Origin: Promethearchaeota archaeon Loki_b32
GTDB taxonomy: Archaea > Asgardarchaeota > Lokiarchaeia > Sigyniarchaeales > SOKP01
DNA: 64,000 nucleotides
Assembly: GCA_005223125.1 (NCBI GenBank)
Contig: NJBH01000012.1
Span: forward strand, 1-64,000
Direction of reading: 5' to 3'
The translations under genes were made by a program, and so were the position numbers. Under the pieces are notes generated by a model that saw only the letters and a program-made list of their open reading frames with translations, made no database searches and was not told the DNA's origin. Positions 19,319 through 30,100 of the stretch are shown here, piece after piece (position 1 is the stretch's first letter; every line of letters begins with the position of its first letter).

Positions 19319-22294
19319 TTAAAAAGTTTGCCGAAATATATCCATTATCGTTTTCTTATAAAAGAATTTTACCAAAATTATGTAGGTTCCAAGGAATGCA
19401 AAAGCAATTGATAAAATAAATACTCTCAATAATGTATCAATTGGTATAGTAAACACTACAGGCATTTCGGTCATTAGACTCATATTAGTTTCCATTAAAT
19501 ATGCTGTATATGTTCCAATTATCGTTCCCATAATACCTGCAGAAAGCAAAACTATCATACTTTCAACTAAAAACATATTCCTAACATTACGAGCTTTCAT
19601 ACCCATAGATCGAAGTATCCCTATCTCAAATTTTCTCTCCATAATAATTGCATACATACTACTAACTAAACCAAAAATGCTAATGATTATCGTGAACATT
19701 AAAATTAATTCCATTAAAAAAGCTTGTCTTTCGGTCATTGCCTCCATGAAATTTATTTTAGATATTGCATCATCGATGACAATATCTTTTTCTTGATACA
19801 TAGCTCGAATATCATCTTTTGTCTCTTTAATATTTTCTTCAGATTTTTCTATTAAATTTAAGAAAACTTTATCTACAATCATATTACTTTCTCCAGGGTT
19901 ATTAATTTTCATCAAACGCATATAATTCTCCAATGAAACCATTACTCCTCCTCCGGGTGCAGACATTTCATTAGTTCGGAAGTTGTAAAATCCTGGTATC
20001 CCTCCTGAAATTCCTACAACTCTAAATAAGGTAACATTGCCTGGATCACTTTCTACTAAGGGATCATAGAAAGTTATTCGTACATACTCCCCAACTTTAC
20101 TAATACCAAGTAGACTAGCGATTGATTTTGCTATAATACAAGTATTATTGTGAGTAAATAATTCATTAAAGGAATAATCAGTACTACTACCGTCACTCTT
20201 CCAGATTAATAAACCTTTATCAATTAAATCAACGAAATCCTCATTGATCCCTATAAATCCCGCATTAACGACATCAAAATCCATCATATCTCCTATTGTT
20301 GTTCTGAGTTTAGCTTCTTCTTGAGCTGAATAAAATTGAAATAAGTTCATCATCAATTCTTCTGTAGATTCACTCGAAAAACCTACTTGTCCCTCACTAA
20401 CCTCAAAAAGTGCTGCTAAAGTAGCAGTTAAATCGAAAGTATTATGAAGTGAAATAGCTAATTTATCAACACCAGCTAAAGTTTTCAATTCATCAACAAT
20501 TTCAAGAGTAAGTGCATCTTCAGGATTATATAAATCTTGGTTCATTAAGACTAAATCAGATCCATATTGAAATTTTAAATTTAAAGCTGTATTTTCTGAT
20601 TCCATTTCAGTTACGCTTGTTATGAAAAAAATAAATGAGAAACTAATGGCAAACATAACTACTGTACTGGTATTACGTCTTCTATACCGTTTTAACGAAA
20701 TACTAATTATGCTACTATATTTTCTTATACTTGGTGAAATTAATCCTAATAAGATTTTTTGAATTAATGGAATGACTCCCACTGATGCAAAAACCAAGCC
20801 AATTACAATTGCCGCAAGTAAACCAATAAATAATAATGAAGTTAACATGAAATCTCCAGTAACAAAAATATTTGGTAATAAGATAAAAACTATCATGCCA
20901 ATAACAGCAATCGAAATTCCAGTAAGAAAGCTTTTTACATTCATACTCCCTTCTTTTTTTACTTCCCATCCTTCTTCCTTAGTTTGAAATGGTGTAATTG
21001 ATTTTATGATATCAAGTTTGGCAGTTTTAAGAGCAGGTAATAAAGCTACTCCTAGAGATACCAAAGTTCCTATAGCAAATGACATTATTAGTGTATCGGG
21101 GTGAATAACCCATTCTACTTCCGAGAACTCAAATTGAAACCCATAGAGAGGGAATAAATTACTAGCAATTGGCCTTATTAAGGTAACACCCAATATCATT
21201 CCAATTATTGAGCCAAAAAGCCCTAACATTAAACCCTCAAAAAGAACCATTTTTACAGGATATATTTTTTTACCCCCCACTACTCTAACTATTCCGAATT
21301 CTCTCACTCTTTCCTCAACTGAAGTAGATAAGATACTATTTATTAGAATAGCAGTTATAAGCGTGGAAAGGATTGTAACAAACCAAAATATAATTGTTAC
21401 TGTCATTAATAAGAATTCACCACCTTCGAGTTCCTCTAATTTTGGGAGACTTACAGAAAATTCGTTAAGATCCAATCTTTCTTGTATTCTTGATCCGATC
21501 ACTCTAAGTCTCCGAGTTGTTTTTTCTAAATCACTAGCATCATATACAGATTTAGGATTAGTAATAGTTCCAAAAATAAAGTTTATTTGACCCTCTCTTT
21601 GCAGGAAAGTTTGGGCTTGCTGCAAATTAACAAGAATTAAGGAAGACTCAAATTGCATGAATCTAAGATCTTGAATACAGATTTCAACCACTGTTAAATT
21701 TAACTCATAAGTTTGATATTCAATATTAATCTTATCACCTTTACTAACATTAAGGATCTCTGCAACATTCCAAAGTATAACACATTCGCCATTATTTGGC
21801 TCTCTATCATAGATTTCATTCGTTTCTTCACCTTCATCATCCACAATGACTAAATCTCCCATATTTCCATTATTATCTTCTTTAATAAAATCAATTCCAT
21901 ATAATTGTAAAAAACCGCTTGTGTTTATTTTATCTGAAGTTGTTTTTACTAGCATTGAAATACGTGGAAATAATTCATCAATTCCATCAATATCCGTCAA
22001 TTCATTATTAATGATATCCTCATCATAGAATGGATTAAATGTTAAATCTGTTTGGAGGGATCGAGTTATCATTATATCACTCTTACCCGTAATCGAGGTA
22101 ACATACAATAAGTAGTTATAGTTTACCGTATCATTTAACATTCCAATTGTTGTTAATAGGAATAATGAAATTGCGATACCAGATATCCCAAAAATAGCTT
22201 TCGCTTTATCACGTTTAAGGTCAAGCCAAGAGTGCTTAAAAAATTGCAGGTCTATTCTTTTTTTTAATTTATATATAAATCCTCTCAATTCCAT
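19319..22294 (-). CDS. FtsX/MacB-family ABC permease (two FtsX units)
   Basis: ERVREFGIVRVVG and ERKFEIGILRSMG motifs, large extracellular domains. Confidence 0.92.
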   Translation of the reverse strand: MELRGFIYKLKKRIDLQFFKHSWLDLKRDKAKAIFGISGIAISLFLLTTIGMLNDTVNYNYLLYVTSITGKSDIMITRSLQTDLTFNPFYDEDIINNELTDIDGIDELFPRISMLVKTTSDKINTSGFLQLYGIDFIKEDNNGNMGDLVIVDDEGEETNEIYDREPNNGECVILWNVAEILNVSKGDKINIEYQTYELNLTVVEICIQDLRFMQFESSLILVNLQQAQTFLQREGQINFIFGTITNPKSVYDASDLEKTTRRLRVIGSRIQERLDLNEFSVSLPKLEELEGGEFLLMTVTIIFWFVTILSTLITAILINSILSTSVEERVREFGIVRVVGGKKIYPVKMVLFEGLMLGLFGSIIGMILGVTLIRPIASNLFPLYGFQFEFSEVEWVIHPDTLIMSFAIGTLVSLGVALLPALKTAKLDIIKSITPFQTKEEGWEVKKEGSMNVKSFLTGISIAVIGMIVFILLPNIFVTGDFMLTSLLFIGLLAAIVIGLVFASVGVIPLIQKILLGLISPSIRKYSSIISISLKRYRRRNTSTVVMFAISFSFIFFITSVTEMESENTALNLKFQYGSDLVLMNQDLYNPEDALTLEIVDELKTLAGVDKLAISLHNTFDLTATLAALFEVSEGQVGFSSESTEELMMNLFQFYSAQEEAKLRTTIGDMMDFDVVNAGFIGINEDFVDLIDKGLLIWKSDGSSTDYSFNELFTHNNTCIIAKSIASLLGISKVGEYVRITFYDPLVESDPGNVTLFRVVGISGGIPGFYNFRTNEMSAPGGGVMVSLENYMRLMKINNPGESNMIVDKVFLNLIEKSEENIKETKDDIRAMYQEKDIVIDDAISKINFMEAMTERQAFLMELILMFTIIISIFGLVSSMYAIIMERKFEIGILRSMGMKARNVRNMFLVESMIVLLSAGIMGTIIGTYTAYLMETNMSLMTEMPVVFTIPIDTLLRVFILSIAFAFLGTYIILVKFFYKKTIMDIFRQTF

Positions 22295-22324
22295 ATTCTT
22301 TATTCTTCAATTTTTTATTTTTCT

Positions 22325-25300
22325 TTATAGATCTAAAATACTAAATTTTTCTTTCCGTCTTTTAAATTTTCTCAGAATTTTTCCTTCTTTAGCTAAAATT
22401 TCTTGAATATCTTCTTTTTCACGTCTAATTAACCTCACTCCTTCACAATTTTTGTTTTTACAATGATAATTTTCTCCTGGTTCATCGAAATATTGAAATT
22501 TTCCACAGTTTGTACAGTTATATGCAGCATAAATTTGATCATGCTCACATTCAGGACAAATAATATTAAATTTCGTAGATACAAACCAGGATCTGCATGA
22601 TTTGCAATATAGAGTTAAAGGTCTATTTAATTCTTCTTCATGTTCAATTAATTCTATCCTTTTAATTACTTGATCTTTATCAATATCTTTAAGTCGTACT
22701 TTTTCAGCACGAGTGTCTTTTAAATTCTCAACCCATCCTTTTCCCTTTTTTTCAGCTATAATGTATAATATCACCCCTAAGGCAACTGCTATAAAAATTA
22801 TCGTGATATATGGACCCCATGTACGCCACCATCTCATATTATCGACCTTTAATACAATAAACACTTCTGCTTTATTTCCTTCTTTATCATAAGCTACTAC
22901 TCTTACTTCATATATACCATCGCTATATTGAACAGTATCCCAATTAAATTCTAGAATACTAGTATTACTATTGAAAATGAGTTCATTTCTATCAACACTC
23001 TTATTATTAAGAAGAATGTATATTCTAGACTCATCTAATTCGACATTATCAAATATATGCGCTTTAATCTTAATCAATGATTTAGCAATTATATCTGGTT
23101 CAGGTGCGATAATCTCTATTTCGGGAGCTACAAAATCCGTTGATTTATCATATCCTATATAAATATTAGATAAAAGCCAACCATATCCTAATCCAATTAC
23201 ATTATTATTTGAATGTAGTGTGAACATTATCATTATATCTTCATTTGAATATTGTGTAATATCAAATCGTTTACTTCCAGAAAGATCTTCATCGTCATAT
23301 GCAAATTCCCGAAGAATTGTCCAAGTTTCTCCAAAATCTTTTGAAACTGATATAATACATTTATCTACTTGATCCTCAGGTACAAAGAATTCATTCTGTA
23401 AAGAAATATCATAATCAAATTCAAGATAAATACTATATTCACCCCCCAAATGTAAAGGGCGAGTTATTAATTTTGAGTCCCAATTTGGATCATATCCTTG
23501 TTCTAGACTTCCATAACTTTGTCCTATCCCTCCATATAGAAGAGAATTTCCAAGTCGGATTATTGGATGCCAGGTATTATCTCCCCCAAACCATGCTGTC
23601 ATTTCTTTTGGTGTTGGTGTTCCTGTAATATAATAATCTGATAAACTTGAATTTGAAAAATTATATCCAATATATTTGTTATCCTTATAAACATTAAATT
23701 GCAAAGGACTTGGATTTATAAATTTAAATAAGGAATTATTTTTATTATATAATCGGGTTGTAATCATATATTTCCCATCTGAAACGTGAAACCTAAATGA
23801 TTGATTAGAAATTTCTTCTAAAACGAGAGATTTAACAAAATGAATCCCATTATCTCCAAACATATTCGAGTTAGAATCCCAATCTCCATAGAGATTACAC
23901 ATTGTAAAATTCGTATCATCCATTTCTAAATATATAAATTCAGGATAATTATTATCAATATCAAAGATCTCACATGAAAATGTAAATTTCTGATATTTTG
24001 AGCCTTGAGTTGAGGAGATATCATTATTTAAATCAAATATAATTGAGGGGAGATTTATATTCGTATAATTCTCAATAGCAAAATAATCCAAAATAAATCC
24101 TTTATAATTTACGGTATCAAAAGTATCATCTAGAGATGTTTCGAATCTAAATTGGATAAAGTTTCCAATATAATGAGTTAAATTAATCTCTTGCATAAAC
24201 CATTCTTGCTCTATATTAGTATAGGTTCGTAAAGTTATCCATCCGGTCCAATTTAGATTAATTTGAAAATATAGGAAATCTCCAGCATTGAAGCTAATTC
24301 GAAAACCGAATTTTACAAATGGTTGTGTAGTTTTTTCATTAAGGTTTGTTAAATTAAATAATGGACTGTATAAAGTTCCATTTGGATATGGATCTTCAGT
24401 TATTCTAATAGGTTGATATGTATAATTTTGTGGATAATCATGATAGGTACCAAAATATAAAGAATTCCATGAATTCTGATAGATTCTTGATCTATTATCA
24501 TTTATATTCGTTTGCTGTAACACATTCCACCCTGTCCCTGAAGATGTCCAATTTCCAAATCCATTATCAAAATCTTGATGATTTGGGAATTGTATACTAT
24601 CCGTTGGAAATTCAATTGTGATATTAAGTTGTTTAGTATCAGGATATCTTGTTGTAAACGTACCATCACTGGCAATAAAAAAGTAGTGATATATACCTGG
24701 TCTTGGAAATTGAATGTAATCACTCATGAATAATGCCCCATCTGTATAATTATTATCTATTGGATTGAATTGAGTTAAAGTAAAGTTTTCCATTGTTTCT
24801 ACTATAGAAACATATACTTCTTGGGGTGGTACATTTGAAGTATCATTATCAAAATACTCAATATAAAATCTATAACTATCAATACTATAATTTTTCTTAG
24901 GCTTATAACCCATAAATTCTTGGAAACTCATGATTGTTGTATTTTTAGAACCACCTAAATAAAGAATTTCAGGAATTTTTAATTCTGGCTTAAAACTATT
25001 CTTAATGGTTGAAATATTCAAAGTAAAATCACTATTCCCATCGATTGCTTTTACGATAATAACACAATTGGTTTGGTTTTTTTTAGGAGTAAAATAAAAA
25101 TAATCAAAATCACCATACCATTTTCTAGAAGATTCTAAAAGGATTGGTTCACCATATTGATTTGATTCATTAGAAAAAAGATACATGTCAAAATTAGTAT
25201 TTATATCAGCTATTGATAAATTAAATGAATACTGTATGTCTTCTTCAAGTGTGATTTGTCGAGCAAACACGTGTGTTCCAAGAGGATTTTCTTGAGAACT

Positions 25301-27100
25301 TATTAAATTTCCAATAATAGAACTATTGACATCCATAAATTTGGTTAAAGCATCAATTGCAGCCTCAATGTTTAATCTTCCATATCCTTCATGAATGTCC
25401 TTTAAGCCACTTGTCATTGGAGCTACTGATAAAGAAGGTGAATGTTCACTCTCATCACTACTAGTAGATGGATCATCTTCTCTTTCCAGATTCGTTTCTG
25501 AAGCAGTCATCAATAAATAAGCCTTAATATACTTTACCCATTTTGTTAAATTTAAATTGCTCCATTGATTCCAATTATTCCATTTTGCTTCTATTAATAT
25601 ATTTAAAGCAGCTGAGACTATAGCTGTAGCAATTGATGTACCATAAGCCGCTGTAACTTTGTCGAATTCTTCATTAGCACCTATAACTGAACGATGACCT
25701 GGTAGTTTGCTCCCTCCAGGCGCAACGATGTCTGGTTTGGTAATATTATCGATTTCTTTACCCATACTGCTATAAGAGGTAACTTGATCCTTATCATTTA
25801 TTGCACCGACAATAATTGCATTTTTATTTTGAGCTAATCTATTTAATGAATCTGAAACTTCTACACCTTTATTTCCGGCAGTAATTACTACTAATGTACC
25901 ATTTTCTATTACCTCATCTATTGCAGCATTCACAGCTACTACATCTTCTCCGAATGTACCAACACTTAAACAAACACTAACAATATGATGCTTACTTTTA
26001 TTTTGTATTACACTTGCTAATGCTGATATCAAATTTGAGGAAAATCCTATTCCAGAATGATTTAAAATCTTATATGATACGATTTTTGTAGCATTTGCAA
26101 TTCCAGTAAAATGATTTCTATCACTAGTAAACACTTCGGGAAAATAAGATACTGTAGTATTAAATGAAAAAATTGGATTAGTTTGGAAATCTCTCTTATA
26201 TTTTAGATATAAATCATAAATTCCTAATTTGTCTTGGGTAATCGTTTGATCTATCATGTAATAATCATTAGGGTTTTCGTTATATGAATAATTCACTAAA
26301 GTATTATTATAATGTAATTCAAACCAAAAATTTAGTATTCCATCAGCTTTTCGAGTCCATGAAGAATTAATTAGTATACTTGAATCCACTTTAGACGCAT
26401 TAAAAGAAAATAATTTTAGAGTGAAATTTTGTAAAGCAGAACCTCCCCCAAATAACTCTCTATGTGAATAATTTCCATGGATCTTAACAATTGAGGGAGT
26501 ATTTGAGTCATATGGATCGATACCTGTTCCTGAAATAATAGAAGTAATTAAGGTTCCATGTCCATTATCATCAGATATAGGTTGCATATCTACAAAATTT
26601 TCCCAACCGATTATATCTCCAATCAAAAAATCGTGGTTTGGATTAACTCCAGTATCCAATACAGCTATGGAAGAATTCGTATCCCCTTTTAACCCGTTTA
26701 AATACCACGTAGAATTTATAGCTCCAGATTGAATAGAAGCATAATTCATTTGAGCTTCTAGTACCTCATTATTTTCAATTATAGCATCCGGAAAATCATT
26801 TTGAAATGCTGTTTTATTCGTTTCAAGAGGCATAATACCAGCAAATCCAGAAAATGAACTAAATTGATTATTCCATTCTCTTTCAATAGTTCCACTATAG
26901 AATTCAAACCGTGATGTAACGGAGCTATTATAAGAGGGTTTTCTAAAAAAGACAATAATATTTTTATAATAATTACTTGAGATTTCGGGATCTGTTTCAT
27001 TTTGATTTTCTATTTCATTAAAATCTAGGATAATCAAATTATCAAGAAAAAAGCTTACAAATGAAAAAGTCAGAAACAAAATAATAAGACCAGAATACAT
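22325..27100 (-). CDS. Membrane-anchored multidomain S8 subtilase with cytoplasmic zinc-ribbon tail
   Basis: VLDTG, DNGHGT, AGN, GTS catalytic motifs; Ig-like domain; C-terminal TM helix, then four Cys pairs. Confidence 0.9.
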   Translation of the reverse strand: MYSGLIILFLTFSFVSFFLDNLIILDFNEIENQNETDPEISSNYYKNIIVFFRKPSYNSSVTSRFEFYSGTIEREWNNQFSSFSGFAGIMPLETNKTAFQNDFPDAIIENNEVLEAQMNYASIQSGAINSTWYLNGLKGDTNSSIAVLDTGVNPNHDFLIGDIIGWENFVDMQPISDDNGHGTLITSIISGTGIDPYDSNTPSIVKIHGNYSHRELFGGGSALQNFTLKLFSFNASKVDSSILINSSWTRKADGILNFWFELHYNNTLVNYSYNENPNDYYMIDQTITQDKLGIYDLYLKYKRDFQTNPIFSFNTTVSYFPEVFTSDRNHFTGIANATKIVSYKILNHSGIGFSSNLISALASVIQNKSKHHIVSVCLSVGTFGEDVVAVNAAIDEVIENGTLVVITAGNKGVEVSDSLNRLAQNKNAIIVGAINDKDQVTSYSSMGKEIDNITKPDIVAPGGSKLPGHRSVIGANEEFDKVTAAYGTSIATAIVSAALNILIEAKWNNWNQWSNLNLTKWVKYIKAYLLMTASETNLEREDDPSTSSDESEHSPSLSVAPMTSGLKDIHEGYGRLNIEAAIDALTKFMDVNSSIIGNLISSQENPLGTHVFARQITLEEDIQYSFNLSIADINTNFDMYLFSNESNQYGEPILLESSRKWYGDFDYFYFTPKKNQTNCVIIVKAIDGNSDFTLNISTIKNSFKPELKIPEILYLGGSKNTTIMSFQEFMGYKPKKNYSIDSYRFYIEYFDNDTSNVPPQEVYVSIVETMENFTLTQFNPIDNNYTDGALFMSDYIQFPRPGIYHYFFIASDGTFTTRYPDTKQLNITIEFPTDSIQFPNHQDFDNGFGNWTSSGTGWNVLQQTNINDNRSRIYQNSWNSLYFGTYHDYPQNYTYQPIRITEDPYPNGTLYSPLFNLTNLNEKTTQPFVKFGFRISFNAGDFLYFQINLNWTGWITLRTYTNIEQEWFMQEINLTHYIGNFIQFRFETSLDDTFDTVNYKGFILDYFAIENYTNINLPSIIFDLNNDISSTQGSKYQKFTFSCEIFDIDNNYPEFIYLEMDDTNFTMCNLYGDWDSNSNMFGDNGIHFVKSLVLEEISNQSFRFHVSDGKYMITTRLYNKNNSLFKFINPSPLQFNVYKDNKYIGYNFSNSSLSDYYITGTPTPKEMTAWFGGDNTWHPIIRLGNSLLYGGIGQSYGSLEQGYDPNWDSKLITRPLHLGGEYSIYLEFDYDISLQNEFFVPEDQVDKCIISVSKDFGETWTILREFAYDDEDLSGSKRFDITQYSNEDIMIMFTLHSNNNVIGLGYGWLLSNIYIGYDKSTDFVAPEIEIIAPEPDIIAKSLIKIKAHIFDNVELDESRIYILLNNKSVDRNELIFNSNTSILEFNWDTVQYSDGIYEVRVVAYDKEGNKAEVFIVLKVDNMRWWRTWGPYITIIFIAVALGVILYIIAEKKGKGWVENLKDTRAEKVRLKDIDKDQVIKRIELIEHEEELNRPLTLYCKSCRSWFVSTKFNIICPECEHDQIYAAYNCTNCGKFQYFDEPGENYHCKNKNCEGVRLIRREKEDIQEILAKEGKILRKFKRRKEKFSILDL

Positions 27101-27127
27101 TTTTTTTTTTTTTATTTCAGATCCCCT

Positions 27128-30100
27128 CTATTCTGTAGTATTTTCAAATTTAATTGTTGATTTATCTTTATTAATATCAAAATTGTGTTCAATATCTTTC
27201 CTCGATATTATACTTAATCTCTCTCTTAAAGTATGATCGATTTTGAAAATTGTTTCTCTTGAGCTAAGATGGAAAATTTCCGTTTCAGATCTTTCAAATT
27301 CACTTTTTTTCTTTTTATATTTTTTAGTTTGCCAAATATATACAGTCGAAATTACAAACACAATTAAAATTGGCAAACATATATAATATAATTGCCTGGT
27401 TTTCGGTGTAATTACTTTAATGGAAACAATATTTGATGATTCTTTATTTTCTAGCAAATAATAAAATTTTATACTAGCAGGCTTTAAACTTACAAGAGCT
27501 TGCCTTTTCGATTTAAGTGTGTAATTAATAGAAATTTTTTCATTAGGTTCTAATGAAATAATTAAATTAACTAGCTTACCTGTTAATAAGGAAAAATCTG
27601 ATTGAGAATAACTTATCATGTCATTTACTCTAAAATTATTAATAGCTATTGTTCCTGTATTTTCTACCTCAATGTTTACAATTACTACATCTCCAATTTC
27701 AATTTGATCCTTATTCACGGATTTCACTATTGAAAAGTTTATTTCCCCTAATATTTTAAATGAAGAATCAGAGATTTGGATTGTTCTGCTTTCTGAACTT
27801 TTAATAAAATTTATTGAGGGATAAAAATATCCTTTCCATCCAATCTTTTGTAGAGTTATATTAAAAGCAATTCTTTCATTATAGGTTATATTTTCAAAAT
27901 AAAGTAGCTCATCATCAAATCTCCTTAAATCACCAAACTGATCATTCATTATTACACTAATATCAGGTATTTGAAACCCTATAGGCCCAATATTTTTGAG
28001 ATTTACTGTTAGATTAAAAATGTCACCTATACCAGGTGCTTCATTAATAGGGTTTGAATTACTATTGTTATAATAAATTTCAATGGTTCTTGTAAATGGG
28101 GAACGATCCTCATAGTCAACAGGTGCAGAAACATAAACCTCATTAGTAAAACTAACTATTTTAGAAGAATTTCCTCCTTGGATCTTTTCTGGATTATAAT
28201 AAACTATTGAGGTTTTACTAATTGAAATTGAATTAGGTACATAGAAGGTAAAATTTAATGTTTTTTCTTCAAAAGGAACTAGTTTTTCTATATAATAGGA
28301 TAAATTGCTATTTTGAAGAGTGAAATTTCTAAATTTATCCATGATACCTGGTATTAACAATGAAATACTTAGGTTTTCAGCAATATTAGAACCAATGTTC
28401 TTAAAATTAATAGTGTATGTATTTAATTCTCCAGGATTAGAATAATTCTTTGCGAGGTATGAATAAGCTACTATTGAAGCTGCATTAAAAGTGCTTAATG
28501 GAATAGAATTAGATCGCTTTTCAAATTGAACGTAACTAGTCGAGGAGGCATATAAAACTCTAGAACCAGAATCATCATTAAAATTAATATCTCTAGTGGA
28601 AAATTCGATATCTAAATCATTGATTGAAATATTAAACTGTTCAGAATCGATACATATGATTTTGAATAGAACCGTATAGTTATTATTATCGAGGGGATAA
28701 AAAAGCCAGTTTAAACTCTCATTATTATTAACAAATGAAAATGTCCAAGTATTGTTTATAATGGAATCTAAATACGGACTCATATCTCTAAATTCTTCAG
28801 CATCAAAATCAAAAATTTCAAAATCTAAAGAGTCTAAGTTATCCGGTGAGGTTATATTAATAATAATAGAGGCTCTTTCTAATGTGTTATTAGTAAAATC
28901 GATATTAGTATTATTCTTAAAAATAAACTCAAGTTCAATTCTCTGTTCCAAAAATTGTTCAATTGATCCAATTATCCAACTCTCATTATCGGTTGACAAT
29001 GCCATTTCTGGTGAAGTTCCGACTAATTGTGTCCCATATATAATTTCTGGTGTTTTAGGTGCGGATTCAATAGTGAAATTATTCAAATAGAAAGGAGAAA
29101 ATGAATCTAAATTAGCAATCGAATAGTTATTAATTTGATAAGATAACATTTCTCCAGGTTCCAATTTCCAATTATCGTCATTATAAATACTGTATTTATT
29201 TGAAAAAATGTCCGTAAGTTCTCCTGGTGTAAGACCTAAAATTGCTAATGCTGAAATTAATTGAGGATATCCTGTGACCATTTTATCAATTACATTATCA
29301 ATATCTTCATTATATGGTGATAGATTCGTCAAATTGAGTATATTTGGGAAAAAAGTATCATAAATTCCTGTACCAAATGAATCAAAATAAAAAATACGAG
29401 GATCCTCATCAAAATTGAAAAAATCTTCTAATGATTCATATTGATTTGGATATTCAATACGCACTACTTCCCATAAGGTATTTTGAAACTCATCTGCTAT
29501 ATCTTGATTTCCTAATGTAAGAAGGAGAAAATAATCATTAAGTTCAATCGGAATGGGGGTAGGTATGCCCCATGCGGTGATCTCCCCCACATTTTCTGCT
29601 GATATATAATATGAAAAGTCTCTAAATGCCCCATAGGATGCATTTCCTTCAATTAACTCCTTTTTAATGTAAAGATTAGGTTCGGTATCAGAAACATTAT
29701 AAGTAACAGATAGTTCATTGAACGGATTTACAATACCTGTGGGAATAGAAGAAAAACCTTGAAATCCTAAATATTGCAGCATATTTACAATATCTGATGG
29801 GTTATTTAAATTAACTGGTTTAACATAAGAATGCTTAATGCCCCCATCATTTACCCAAAATAATTCAAATGAGTAATCTTCAAGTTCTTGAACATCAAAT
29901 TCTGTGCCTGCAAGATAAAATATTAGAGCTATTTGCTCTAAAAGGTAATCATAAAACTCAAAATTTATTGGAATTGCATCAATGATATCAGTACATAAAA
30001 TATTTATTTCAATTTCACTCATAAAAGCACCAACTAATGCAATATATATTTTCTCACTTGGTGCTAAAGGTTCTCCTTCATAGCCTAATGCTTTCCACAA

